Origin: Octopus sinensis
Lineage: Eukaryota
Direction of reading: 5' to 3'
NCBI RefSeq assembly: GCF_006345805.1
Contig: NC_042999.1
Location: 74,586,001 to 74,650,000 of the forward strand
DNA: 64,000 bases
Shown here in pieces: positions 13,576-26,644 of this stretch (position 1 is its first letter; the number at the start of each line of letters is the position of its first letter). Under the pieces are notes generated by a model. That model was not told where the DNA came from. It was given only the letters and a program-made list of their open reading frames with translations, and did no database searches. The position numbers and the translations under genes are program-made.

Positions 13576-14306
13576 GTAAGTTAATTCTAGTTTTCTACTC
13601 GTGTCAGTTGTTTTGACTGTGGGCGCAGGTGAAGGACAAAAATAAACCAATGCTGATTGTCGAGTTGATGAGCAATAATTGGGTGGCAGCAGGGGTGGGG
13701 GACACAATAGCACATGAACGCACACACACACACACACAAACACATATATATATACACACATAGATACATACATATATATACACACATACATATACATATG
13801 TATATATGTATATATACACGTGTATATACATAAGTATATATATATATATATATATATGATATACAAAATAAGAAAATGGAGGAATACACTTTAATCAATA
13901 ATCAACTACCAGATAATACCCATTCACATAATTTATTAACCAACTACATAGGAACATCAAGATCAAACACAATAATACAGAACAAAACAGTGCACATCAA
14001 TGAGTAATATGATACAATAAATACAATACATATAAATAAATATAATTATAAACTAGATCTTACAGCTGTTTCAGCCATGTAGATATGAGTATCTCATTAT
14101 CGCCCATATAATACAATAAATGAATTAATTGCATCGCAATTCTTAGCATTTATGTATTAACTTTATTGGGTGCTTTACTGGCAGTATATTGGATATATGT
14201 TATTCCATAGAGGGTTACACTCACAACCCCTATCTCAATTTGTATATATATGATATATATATAGATATGTATATATATATGATATATATATATGTATATC
14301 TATCTA

Positions 14307-14371
<65 letters not shown>

Positions 14372-14373
<2 letters not shown>

Positions 14374-15470
14374 TCATCATCATCATCATCGTTTAGCGTC
14401 CGTTTTCCATGCTAGCATGGGTTGGACGGGTCAACTGGGGTCTGTGAAGCTGGAAGGCTTCGTCAGGCCCAGTCAGATCTGGCAGTGTTTCTACGGCTGG
14501 ATGCCCTTCCTAACGCCAACCACTCTGCGAGTGTAGTGGGTGTTTTTTACGTGCCACCTGCACAGGTGCCAGACAGAGCTGGTGAACGGCCACGAACGGA
14601 TGGTGCTTTTACGTGTCACCGGCTCGGGGCCAGGCGATGCTGGCAACGGACACGAACGGATGGTGCTTTTACGTGCCACCGACACGGGGCCAGACAGAGC
14701 TGGCAACCGGCCACGAACGGACGGTGCTTTTACATGTCACCGGCACGGGGGCCAGCCGAGGCTGGCAACGGATGCGGACGGATGGTGCTTTTACGTGCCA
14801 CCGACACGGTTGCCAGACAGAGCTGGCAAACGGCCATGAGCGGACGGTGCTTTTGTGTGTCACCGGCACGGGGGCCAGCCGAGGCTGGCAACGGACGCGA
14901 ACAGATGGTGCTTTTACGTGCCACCGACACGGTTGCCAGACAGAGCTGGCAAACGGCCACGAGCGGATGGTGCTTTTACGTGTCACCGGCACGGGGGCCA
15001 GCTGAGGCTGGCAACGGACGCGAACAGATGGTGCTTTTACGTGCCACCGACACGGTTGCCAGACAGAGCTGGCAAACGGCCACGAGCGGACGGTGCTTTT
15101 ACGTGTCACCGGCACGGGGGCCAGCCGAGGCTGGCAACGGACACGGACAGAAGGTGCTTTTACGTGCCACCGACACGGGGCCAGACAGAGCTGGCAAATG
15201 GCCACGAACGGATGGTGCTTTTACGTGCCACCGACACGGGGCCAGACAGAGCTGGCCAACGGCCACGAACGGACGGTGCTTTTACGTGTCACCGGCACGG
15301 GGCCAGGCGAGGCTGGCAACGAACACGAACGGATGGTGCTTTTACGTGCCACCGACACGGGGCCAGGCAGAGCTGGCAAACGGCCATGAGCGAATGGTGC
15401 TTTTACGTATCACCGGCACGGGTGCCAGACGAGGCTGACAGCGGACACGAACAGATGGGTCACTTAACCC
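14372..15470 (-). repeat. RTE-tail-type element with an expanded ~59/60-bp minisatellite (A/B units, ~119-bp higher order) at 14560-15460
   Basis: (CAT)n tail, then ~15 units of GGTGCTTTTACGTG(C/T)CACCG(A/G)CACGG alternating CAGACAGAGCTGGC and GCCGAGGCTGGC. Confidence 0.85.
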
Positions 15471-15535
15471 CTGCTTTCTGATATATGATTTGATTTTGAT
15501 TGTTATATATACATGTATATATATATATATATATA

Positions 15536-16342
15536 TAGCAATTAAGGACAACTACTTAATAAGGAAAACTTAACAAGAAATTGTCAGGTAGATAGCGTAA
15601 AAACCTCATAAGAGAAAAAATTTCGAAAATAATTATTTCTTATTGAACATATTAATTTATATATAGAGGGCATTATACATACATGCCAGAAGGCATTATA
15701 CATACATGCCAAACGCTAAGAGGGACAATTAGTCATTTCTACCAAAAATATTACTAATCCCACCGAATGCAATTTTTCAAAGTAAGACATTTAAAAAAAT
15801 ATAGACCTGTATCACAGTGATTTCATACTTACGTACTCATCAGCAGGCCTGAATGTATTATAAATAAACAACGACCCTGCCCCGCTTAAGCCGATCAGCT
15901 AACTGCTCGACATCAACGAAGCACATGGGTGAGTTTACATATATTACATCCGGATAAATGGCAAACTTTTACGAATTGCATTTCGGGAGAGGAAAAGTTT
16001 TTTCGGAATAAAAATTTAGCAATTAAGGACAACTACTTGATAAGGAAAACTTAACAAGAAATTGTCAGGTAGATAGCGTAAAAACCTCATAAGAGAAAAA
16101 ATTTCGAAAATAATTATTTCTTATTGAACATATTAATTTATATATAGAGGGCATTATACATATGCTGATGAGTACGTAAGTATGAAATCACTGTGATACA
16201 GGTCTATATTTTTTTAAATGTCTTACTTTGAAAAATTGCATTCGGTGGGATTAGTAATATTTTTGGTAGAAATGACTAATTGTCCCTCTTAGCGTTTGGC
16301 ATGTATGTATAATGCCTTCTGGCATGTATGTATAATGCCCTC

Positions 16343-16353
<11 letters not shown>
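15536..16353 (-). mobile_element. Non-coding PLE/retrozyme-like element: 481-bp partial tandem plus terminal inversion, in (TA)n
   Basis: 15536-15681 is repeated at 16017-16162. 16163-16353 is the reverse complement of 15655-15845. (TA)n on both sides. Confidence 0.85.
15804..15849 (-). ncRNA. Intact minimal type I hammerhead ribozyme
   Basis: ggcctg CTGATGA GTAC-GTAA-GTAT GAAA TCAC-T-GTGA T A caggtc. All core nucleotides present, GNRA stem II loop, AUA site. Confidence 0.85.
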
Positions 16354-16392
<39 letters not shown>

Positions 16393-16439
16393 TAAATGAA
16401 AGAATGGAGTCGAATGAAGATTTTAACAAAATTCCTTTA

Positions 16440-16522
16440 CTCTCAACACATGTTTCGAAGACTGCATACTCTTAATTCCAAAGGAATAAAGGGTGCATTA
16501 TGCCGTCTTCTCATCAAGAAAG
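16440..16522 (-). ncRNA. Hammerhead motif with long stem II (C3 to U change)
   Basis: ctttc TTGATGA GAAGAC-gGCATA...TATGCa-GTCTTC GAAA CA-tg-TG T T gagag, within the (TA)n-flanked segment 16390-16700. Confidence 0.65.
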
Positions 16523-16789
16523 ACAAGGAACCTCTATCAGCCTCAAGACGAACAAAAAAACACACAAATTACCACAGAAGAACATGGGGTTTATGCCCTT
16601 GGCATGTAGCTTCAACCGTGTTTTCTGACGTGAATTTGCTACCCAGATATCGATTAACCGAATTATCAATACTAGGATAATTCATTCACCTACTTAAATA
16701 TATATATATGTATATATATGTATATATATATATATATATTTTATTTATATATCAATTAGGGAATAAAAATTCTGGCATCACAAGTATTC

Positions 16790-17562
16790 AAATAAAATAG
16801 AATTATTCTCGATAAAGAAATATATATCATTTAGAGATAGAAGTCCCCGATGCAATTCATCAAATTCTAATATACATCACACCATATCATAATAATCTTT
16901 TAAATTAAGATTATTATATTTTATCATTTTTAAATCTTTTCTCCGTATATTTCATTATATATCCTTTTATACTTTTTGCATTTTGTCATTCATTCGTATT
17001 TGTTTACGTCCACTTTTATCTATAGAATTTATTCGAATATATATTTCTTTGTCACTTTATTTTATTATTACTATATTATATACTCTTTTCATTATTATAT
17101 TATGGTTTTCTTCATACCTACATATTATCAATTTTTATGTATGTTCCTAGGCATAAGCCATGTTTGATTTTAGTCTTAAAATTTTAGATTTTTAATTAAT
17201 TAAATTTTGGCTTGCACAGCAAGGTTCGGCGAATTTTATTTGCATACCTGCATGTTTGCTTGTTAGTTACATTTGTAACTGATAAAATATAAAAATATAG
17301 GAATAGTTATGGAATTATAAATAAGTTATGGAGAGTTCTGATGATTGGGGTTGCAGTTAAGACATATTTCTGAAAAAGACTGAGGGTCTTGTAAACGTTA
17401 AACGCACATCATGAAGCATGCATAGAAGTGAAATTTGGAACTGAAATAGTAAATATTAAAATAAAATTCTATGATATGGTGTAATGTATATTAGGATTTG
17501 ATGAATTGCATGGGAACTTCTATCTCTAAATGACATATATATATATCGAGAATAATTCAATT

Positions 17563-17570
<8 letters not shown>
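16790..17570. repeat. (TA)n-flanked element with ~110-bp terminal inverted repeats (probable decayed PLE end)
   Basis: 16790-16895 is the approximate reverse complement of 17465-17567. Confidence 0.6.
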
Positions 17571-17605
<35 letters not shown>

Positions 17606-18335
17606 CATAATTATATAATAAATTATATATGTATATATATATATATATGTGTGTGTGTGTTTATATATGTGTGTGTGTATATATATATGTTTTTATATAT
17701 ATATATATATATATGTATGTATATACACATATATGTATGTGTATAGGTATATGTACATATACACATATACATATGTATGTGTGTATATGTATATGTATAT
17801 ACACATATACCTATGTATGTGTGTGTATATGTATATGTATATACACATATACCCATGTATGTGTGATGTATGTGTGTGCGTGTGTGTGTATATATATATA
17901 TATATATACACACACCTTTGCAACTAGATGAAATCATTATCACTATTAAAAACAGCAACAATGAGGTGATTAGCAAGACTTCTACCTTAATAGGTATAAT
18001 ATTAAATATTTGAATAAAAGAAGGGTAAAAATACCGCTTGCCAAAGATGAAATCGGAACCTTAAAAAACGACCAATCCTATGATAAATACACACACAAGC
18101 TTATATATGTATGTATGTATACATATATATGTATGTATGTATGTATACATATATATATGTATGTATGTATGTATACATATATATATATGTATGTATGTAT
18201 GTATGTATACATATATATATATGTATGTATGTATGTATACATATATGTATGTATACATATATATGTATGTATGTATGTATACATATATATATATATGTAT
18301 GTATGTATGTATACATATGTATGTATGTATGTATG

Positions 18336-18378
<43 letters not shown>

Positions 18379-18539
18379 ACATATATGTATGTATACATAT
18401 ATACAAATGTGTGTGTGTGTGTTTTGTTTTTTAGCGTTTTGACATTAAAAAAAGTCATTCTAAAATTGTTTTTTAACGTAAGTGTGCCCAAAGAAGTCGA
18501 ATGCTTAAATAGACCAGGTTTTACAGCCACATCATCCAA

Positions 18540-19333
18540 ACTGACTGCATGAAACCATATCGTGCAAATTTGCTTTTTGTCCATGTTGTTATTCAACGTT
18601 TTGGAAAAAATGGCCTAATTATTGAAAAAGAAAAACAGTAATATGATTAGATAGAGCGAAAAACGGGCTTAAAAAAAAACGGATTGTGACTTGCGATGAG
18701 AAGTGGATTCTTTACAACAACCAGCGGCACTCAGCTCAGTGGTTGGACACTGACGAAGCTCCATGGCACTTCCCAAAGCCAAAGTTGCACCAAAAGAATG
18801 TCATGGTGACTGTTTGGTGGTCTGCAGCTGGTCTCATCCATCACAGTTTTTTGGGATCCAGGCGAAACCATTATGGCAGAGAAGTACTGTCAGCAAATGG
18901 ATGAAATGCTTAAGAAACTCTGACAACAACGGCCAGCATTGGTCAATAGAAAAGGACCAATTTTTCTCCAGGATAACGCTTGCCGCACGTCATCACAACT
19001 GACCCTGCATAAGTTGAACGAATTGGGCTATGAAACTCTGCCTCATCCACCATACTCACCAGATCTCTTACCTACTTTTCAAGCATCTCGATAACTTTCT
19101 GCATGAAAAATGCTTCAAAAACCAAGACGATGCCAAACATGCCTTCAACGACTTCATTGCTACCAGAATGCAGGTTTTTTATGCTACTGGCATAAATAAA
19201 CTTTTTCAGCATTGGCAAAAGTGTGTTGATTCTGATGATGTTTATTTGAATTAATAAAGTTTTGTTTGAGCCGTGATATGTGCATCTGAATTGAAAGGTT
19301 AAAAACCACAAGAACTTTCTTGACAACCTAAAA
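18540..19333 (+). mobile_element. Rearranged mariner fragment, same family as 12100-13374
   Basis: VTCDEKWILYNN...VMVTVWWSAAG. Right TIR AAGAACTTTCTTGACAACCTAA at ~19311-19332. Inverted 5'-end piece at 18540-18670. Confidence 0.85.
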
Positions 19334-19401
19334 TATTTTCTTGTCAGTTTTCTGAAAAACATAATATTTTCTGTGTTATTTTTTAATATTTGATAACCCA
19401 G

Positions 19402-19587
19402 GAAGCTTCGAGCAGTCTCCACATCTTAGCGATGTCTACGGCTATTGGACAGAATCCGAATTATCACGACTCCCCCGAGGAAATACGGAAAACAGCGAAG
19501 AAGATGACGACCGCTTGCGCGAACACATTGCCGAGGCCATGCTTGAGTCTCCACATAGAGATTGTGGAGGACCTACAAGTCTCCGAG
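19402..19587 (+). CDS. BCAS3: BCAS3 coding exon
   Basis: CCCAG acceptor and GTAAAC donor. Reads GSFEQSPHLSDVYGYWTE...DDDRLREHIAEAMLESPHRDCGG, resembling 'GTFDRS..LLEVCGSWPE...LRERLADAMAESPSRD'. Phase 1 in and out. Confidence 0.88.
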
Positions 19588-20059
19588 GTAAACCTTTCCC
19601 ACTTCTTTCTGTTACCTGTTCTTGAAATCCGCCTATATTTTCATCTCTGCTCCTAGATGTACTAGTATTTCTCATCATCCATATATCGTTCACTACTTCA
19701 ACATTGACTGCCATCTATCAGCTCCCACTTCATGTTCGTATGAAAGGACCTCCTCTCTTGTCTTCTGCTATGAGAGAGGTTAGAAGAAACTCAAAAAATA
19801 TATCCCATTTAGTTTGTTCCAATTGGTCAGCTGTAAGAGTAAACTTTAATTAGGAAATTAATCTCCATCTGTCTCTATGACCGGGTAACCGTGTATTTCC
19901 TAAACAGCAAGACAACTGTTTCTGTCACCCTGTCTCTCTGTCACACTCTAACCTTTCGTCATTTGACACAAGGTCCCATCCTCCATCCAATGCCTCATCT
20001 CCTCTCAAAAATTCTTTGTCTTGCAAGTTACTTGGTGACCCTGCCAGTGAAGGTATCAT

Positions 20060-21700
20060 GTAAAAAGCATCCAGTCCACACTGTAAAGTTGTTGGCATTT
20101 AGAAAGGAATCTAGCTGTAAAAATCATTCCAAAACTGACCTCACCTGTGCTGAGGCCATGTGAAAAGCCCCAAGCCTGCTCTGGCTGGTGGTTGGTGTTA
20201 GGAAAGGCCTCTACCTGTAAAAACTTTGCCAAAACTGACCTCACCTGTGCTGATGTCATGTAAAAAGCATCAATTCTGTTCTGCCTGGTGGTTGGTGTTA
20301 AGAAAAGCCTTCAACTTTAAAAACTTTGCCAAAACTGACATCACCTGTGCTGATGTCATGTAAAAAGCATCAATTCTGTTCTGCCTGGTGGTTGGTGTTA
20401 AGAAAAGCCTTCAACTTTAAAAACTTTGCCAAAACTGACCTCACCTGTTCTGGTGCCACGTAAAAAACACTAAACCTGCTCTTCTTGGTGTTGGTGTTAG
20501 GAAAGGCCTCAAACTGTAAAAACTTTACCAAAACTGACCTCACCTGTGCTGAGGCCACATAAAAAGCACTAAGGCCTCCAACTACAAAACCTTTGCCAAA
20601 ACTGACCTCTGCTTGGTGGTTGATGTTAGGAAGGGTATCTAGCTGTAAAAAACATGCTAAAACAGACATAGTAGCTTAGGGTAGTCTTGTACCCGGCTTG
20701 CATGGAACATGGATGTTAAATGATGTTGATGCCAGAAACATTTCAAGCTCTAACTCAATCTTTCTTTTATCTCTTTCATCAATGTATATCCTTTATAGCG
20801 AGGGCTCTATTCTTTGTGAACCCCATGACGGTAGCACGTAAAAAGCACTGTCCAAACGTGGTCGATGCCAGTGCCGCTTTGACTGGCTTTGTGCTGGTGG
20901 CACATAAAAAGTGCCCTCCGATCGTGGTCGATGCCAGCAATTTTGGCTCCTGTGCTGGTGGCACGTAAAAAGCACCATCTGAATGTGGCCGATGCCAGTG
21001 CCACTTTGACTGGCTTCCATGCCGGTGGCACGTAAAAAGCCCCATCCAATCATGGTTGATTCCAGCTCCCCTGGCCCCTGTGCTGATGGCACGTAAAAAG
21101 TACCTTCCAAATGTGGCCAATGCCAGTTCCACTTTGACTGGTTTCTGTCCCACTGGCACATAAAAAGCACCATCCAATAATGGTCGATGCCAGCCTTGCT
21201 GGCACCTGTGCCAGTGGTATGTAAAAAAGCACACACTACACTTTCAGAGTGGATGGTGTTAGGAAGGGCATCCAGCTGTAGAAACACTGCCAGATCAAAG
21301 TGGGGCCTGGTGCAGCCACCTGGCTGACCAGACCCCAGTCGAACTGTCCAACTCATGCCAACATGGAAAATGAATGTTAAACAATGATAATGATGATGAT
21401 GAGCTTGTGCCGGTGGCACGTAAAAAGCACCATCCAAACGTGGCTGATGCCATTACTGCTTTGACTGGCTTCCATGCCGGTGGTAAGTAAAAATCACCAT
21501 CCGATCGTGGTCGATACCAGCTTCTCTGGCCCCTGTGCCGGTGGCATGTCAAAAACACCATCCGATCGTGTTCGATGCCAGCTCTTCTGGCACTACACTC
21601 TCTGAGTGGTTGGTGTTAGGAAGGGCATCCAGCTTTAGAAACACTGCCAGATCAGATAGTGGACTGGTGCAGTTTACTGGCTCACTAGAACCCAGTCGAA
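20060..21700 (+). repeat. Tandemly amplified pieces of the RTE-tail-type repeat
   Basis: ~118-bp near-identical units at 20220-20460 and ~60-bp GGTGGCACGTAAAAAGCAC units at 20830-21590. Confidence 0.7.
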
Positions 21701-22117
21701 ACATTGATGATCGTGACGGTGGTGGTGATAATGATGGTGACAGTGATGGTGGTGATAATGGTGATGATGATGGAGGTGATGATGATAGTAGTAGTGGTGA
21801 TGATGATGATAATGGTGATGGTGATGATGGTGATGGTGGTGATAGTGGTGATGAGTGTGATGGTGATGATGATGATGATGATTGTGATGGTGGTGGTGAT
21901 GATGATGGTGATTATTATTAGTTTTGTCTGCCATTACGTTCTGAGTTCAAATTCTACCAAGGTCAACTTTGCCTTTCATCCTTTCAGGGTCGATTGAATA
22001 AGTACCAGTTAATCACTGTGGATCGATGTAATCGACATAATTTCCTTGTTTGTCCCCTCTATGTTTAGCCCCCTGTGGGCAAAAAAGAAATAAATCATTA
22101 TTATTATTATTATTCAC

Positions 22118-22651
22118 TGAACAAGGTATATGAAGTATATTTGCCACTAAATGTGACTAACCACTAAGGTTGGATGCTGCTGTAGCTTGTAGCCCCAGGA
22201 AAACATCTTCTCCAGCTGGCTATTGACACACTTTCTGTGCCTTATCAGTATTTGCAAAGGGAAGCCATCCTTCCCATCGTCGACCTGACGTGATATGCAC
22301 GCACCCGTGTTTCTGAGTATTTACCCATCGTCAGCGCATGACAATCACAGGTCTTTGATGCGAAGGGGTCCCAATGCAAATACATATATCCATTTTGGAG
22401 CAACGAGAAGTCACTGATCTTGAAAAAGTGTAAACAAGCAATAATAAATCTCTGAATGAGGTATAAACAGTAGCTGCACGACAATGTGAAGTATATTTGC
22501 CACTAAATGTGGCTAACGACTAAGGGTGGATGCTACTGTAGCTTGTAGCCCCAGGAGAACATCTTCTCCAGCTGGTTATTGACACACTTTCTGTGCCCGA
22601 TCAGTATTTGTAAATATACTTCACATGGTCATGCAGCTACTGTTTATACCT
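22118..22651 (-). mobile_element. Family B hammerhead repeat: ~356-bp partial tandem plus short terminal inversion
   Basis: TGAAGTATATTTGCCAC at 22131 and 22487. 22611-22651 inverts 22459-22499. Hammerhead motif on minus at 22297-22340 (CTGACGA TGGGT-AAAT-ACTCA GAAA CAC). Confidence 0.78.
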
Positions 22652-23101
22652 GTTTGGGGTTTGAGTAATTCCCTTATGGAAACACGAGTGTTTTGTTCAA
22701 CATCTTTAAACAACTCTTATTCAAGGACCTTTTGAGTGGGATGGGCTACTCGACCTGAAGAAAATTCTTACTGGGCCCCATCTGCAAGGTCATATGCTGT
22801 TTATCTTGATATGAGATCACCATGTTGCACCCATGTAGTTGTGATGCATGTGCCTTGTGTACCCTTATCAGACCGGTAGCCTTGATGGGTATACAGAGCT
22901 TCATATATTTATACCCCAGTGTTGGTTTGATGGCATGCATTTCTCTCTCACTCAATAATAATAATAATAATAGTAATAAAAATAATAATCCTTCTAAAGG
23001 CCCAAGGTAGAGTGGAGACTAGACCAATACCGCAAGTTTCTTAACCCTAGGTGTTGAGAAGGCACTTTGCCAGAAATGGAAATGACAATCGAAAGAAGAA
23101 A

Positions 23102-23132
<31 letters not shown>

Positions 23133-23344
23133 GATGATGATGATGATATTTTTCTTTTATTCTTTTTGGTCATTTGACTGTGTCCATGCCAGGGCACCAC
23201 CTTTTAGTCGAGTAAATTGACCGCAGGACTTATTCTTTGTAAGCCTACTACTTATTCTATTGATTCTTTTTTGCTGGACTGCTAAGTTCGGGGGAGGGGG
23301 ACAAACACAGACTCACAAACACATACATACATATCTATATATAT

Positions 23345-23537
23345 ATATAGGGAGAATTCACAAAAAAAAACAAAAGATGAAGACAAGTGGTGTAGACAAC
23401 AAACAGATGTATTAGTATAACGCTTGGGAATTGAAAAAGTCTTTAATGTTTCGAGCCTACGCTCTTCCACAGAAAGGAACACAGAAAGAGACAAGGAAAG
23501 AAAATAAAGAATGTGTAGTGGCTAGTGATCTGTCATA
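23345..23537 (-). mobile_element. Family C hammerhead-variant repeat
   Basis: Minus strand cttt CTGTGGA A GAGC-GTAG-GCTC GAAA CATT aaag at 23440-23476. Ends in (TA)n. Confidence 0.7.
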
Positions 23538-23780
23538 GGGAATCATCATCATCATTTAACGTCCGTTTTCCATGCTAGCATGGGTTGGACATTCCGCATG
23601 GAGCTTAGGTGTTTCGCTCATAAACACACACATTGCCCGGTCTGAGATTCAAACCCGCGATCCCTCGACCGCGAGTCCGCTGCTCTGACCACTAGACCAT
23701 GTTCCTCCACTGAATATATATATTTATGGCGATTTTTTTTCCCTCTGTCTTCACTTCCTTGGATCTTTCCTTTTTCTATG

Positions 23781-23813
23781 TTTCTGACAAGGAGCTCTGC
23801 TCGAAACATTAAA
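23781..23813 (+). ncRNA. Decayed minimal hammerhead in a family-C-like element (23725-23910)
   Basis: ttt CTGACAA G GAGC-TCT-GCTC GAAA CA T T aaa. Both deviations from consensus are CpG-type transitions. Confidence 0.55.
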
Positions 23814-23907
23814 TCCTCCTTTCTTTCCTTTCCTGAGTGTCTAATAACACTATACTTGTTCCACGTCCTTTTGTTGTTTTCTCTTTGTGTTTTCATGTTT
23901 GGATTAA

Positions 23908-23960
<53 letters not shown>

Positions 23961-24310
23961 GACGGGCTTCTTTCAGTTTCAGTCTACCAAATACACTCAC
24001 AAGACTTAGGTCGGCCTGAGGCTATAGTAGAAGACACTTGCCCAAGGTGCCAGTGTTTCTACAGCTGAATGCCCTTCCTAATGCCAACCACTCCGTGAGT
24101 GTAGTGGGTTCATTTTATGTGCCACCGGCACAGGTGCCAGGGGAGGCTGACAACGGCCACAATCAGTTGGTGCTTTTTACGTGCCACCTGCATGGAAGCC
24201 AGTTAAGGTGGCGCTGGCATTGGCCACATTCAGATGGTGCTTTTTACGTGCCACCGGCACAGGTATCCAACTACAATTTCCATTTGATATTTATTTGATG
24301 TTGATGTACT

Positions 24311-25125
24311 TAGTTAGTTAGTTAGTTAATTTTTTGGCTCAAAAAGCAAGGGGACATGGAGTTATGTACAGGGTGGTGTTCATGTAAAGAGTTCAGGCCA
24401 CTTGTGGTCAAGGGAGACTTTGAAGAAAGCGGTTGTCGGCATCTTCACCATCTTGTCTGGCAGCTTATTCCACGTATCCGCAACCCGGATGGAGAAAGCC
24501 CCTCTCCTTCGATTGAGATGAAATCATCACAGATAGAGCTTTTCAGAATGACCCTGCAGCCGACGCTCTGGAGCAGGAGTGAAGAACAGCTCTTTCGAGA
24601 GGTTACACTTTCCGCTTATGATGTTGTGAGCGAGAATGAGACCACCACGGCGGTGGCGTTTTTCTATAGAATAAAGGTCGAGCGTCTTCAGCCTTTCTTC
24701 ATAAGACAAATTCTTGAGACCATGAACCATGTGGGTAGCCAGCTTCTGGTCTCTTTCGAGATGCTGTATGTCTTTGAGGAGATAAGGAGAAGAGGCTTGA
24801 ATCCAGTACTCCAATATGGGTCTCACCAGCGTGACATAGAGCGGTAGGAATATGGCTGCTGTGAGCATTCCGAATGACCGTCGAATCAAGAACAGAATTC
24901 CGCGTGCTTTGTTGGCAGCATGGACGCACTGGGCCAAAGGCGAAAAGGAGGAATCCACCAAGATACCCAGGTCCTTTACCTGATCGGTCCTCTCCAGCAG
25001 CAGATGACCCGGCTCGAAATCAGGAGGAGAGCCAACAGGCAGATGACAGCACTTTGACACGTTCAGACACAGGTCCCATTCATTAGACCACCTCCAAATT
25101 TGGTGGAGGCATCGATGAAAATCCT
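24311..25125 (-). mobile_element. CR1-type LINE 3' fragment with (TAAC)n tail
   Basis: LGILVDSSFS...ANKARGILFLIRRSF...LYVTLVRPILEY...SYEERLKTLDLYSIEKR. (TTAG)n at 24310-24328. Confidence 0.88.
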
Positions 25126-25214
25126 TGACTCAATAGGTCTCCTCAAGCACAGCAGGTTGCCCTACAATCCAAGATAAGTACAGCAGGCCATTCTGCGATC
25201 CAAGGTACTTTGGA

Positions 25215-25265
<51 letters not shown>

Positions 25266-26546
25266 GATGGGTTTCTTTCAGTTTCCGCCTACCAAATCCA
25301 CTCACAAGTCTTTGATCGATCTGAGGCTATTGTAGAAGACATTTGCCCACGTTTCCACACAGTGGGACTGAACCCAGAACCATGTGGTTGGTAAGCAAGC
25401 TACTTACCACACAGCCACTCCTGATAATAATAATAATTTGGCTCACTTCCCCCCACTCCACCACCTCGTTATTTCACTCTATTATTATTATTATTGAGTG
25501 AGAGAGCAGTGCATGCGATCAAATTGTATACCCATCATGACTACCTTTCTGATAAGGGTACACCAGGCACATGCATTACAACAATGTGCGCAACATGGTG
25601 ATCTCACATCTAGATAAACAGCACATGACCTTGCAGGAGGGGCCCAGTTAGAATTTTTTTCGGGTCAAGTAGCTTGTTCCACTCAAAAGCTCCTTGAATA
25701 AAGGTTGTTTAAAGATGTTGAACAAAACACTTGTGTTTCCATAAGTGAATTATTCAAACCCCAAAGACTTCCTCTCAACATGTGGCTATGATGCTCCCCA
25801 ACTACTTCTGCTCGTGATCAGAGGTGCACATATCGTCAGCCACTGAGGTTCAGGTTAACTGGTTAAGGTCAAACAACTGACAAGTAAATCTGTGGTATTG
25901 AGTATATCCAAATCAAAATCGCTGACTTAGCCAATGACAGTACCGCCTGATTGGCATTCGTGCCAGTGGAACGTTAAAACCACATCCAAATGTGGTGTAT
26001 ATCTGACCCACTTATGAGTATCCCTCATTCATTGGACAATGAACTTTGCTTGCAAAGACCTATTGAGGCAAGTGTAAACAAATCAAAATTGCTGACATGG
26101 CTGATGACAGTATTGCCTGATCGGCACTTGTGCCAGTGGCACGTTGAAAACAACATTCGAACATGGTTGTTGCCAGTGCCGCCAAACTGGCTTCCATGCA
26201 GGTAGCACGTAAAAACATCTTTTGAGCATGGTCATTGCCAGAACTGCCTGACTGGTCCTCATGCAAGTGGCACATAAAAGCACTCTCGAGTGGTTGGCAT
26301 TAGGAAGGGCATCCAGCTGTAGAAACTTTGCCAGATCAAATTGGAGCCTGGTGCAGTCTCTGGCTCACCAGTCCTCAGTCAAACTGTCCAACGCATGCCA
26401 GCATGGAATGTGGACATTAAACAATGATGATGATTTACTGTAGTCCATCTTTTATACCAAGACAAAAACAATGTACATGATAACACTTCAAATCAGTTAA
26501 GATCAGAAGCCATGAGAGCCACTGCCTGGTACAGAATCAGGGTATC

Positions 26547-26600
<54 letters not shown>

Positions 26601-26644
26601 GATTATTATTATTATTATTTTGTTTCTGTTTTTCTTTTCTGCAG

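Noticed and set aside
14056-14078. GAAACAGCTGTA hammerhead 3' half on the minus strand (similar GAAACACGTGTA at ~34973-34985)
   Set aside because: No matching CTGANGA half was found, so it is not called as a ribozyme.
14560-15460. CRISPR-like regular repeats
   Set aside because: The intervening segments are themselves repeated, there are no cas genes, and the context is eukaryotic.
14422-15481. 338-aa and overlapping repetitive ORFs
   Set aside because: Products of a stop-poor minisatellite open in several frames on both strands, inside an intron.
17570-18420. YI/CV/HT-rich ORFs (also 44374-44963, 47216-47562 and elsewhere)
   Set aside because: Translations of (TA)n, (CA)n, (ATGT)n and (CTAT)n microsatellites.
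21674-21997. His-rich and Asp/Gly-rich ORFs
   Set aside because: Cryptic (GAT/GGT)n expansion of a retroelement tail.
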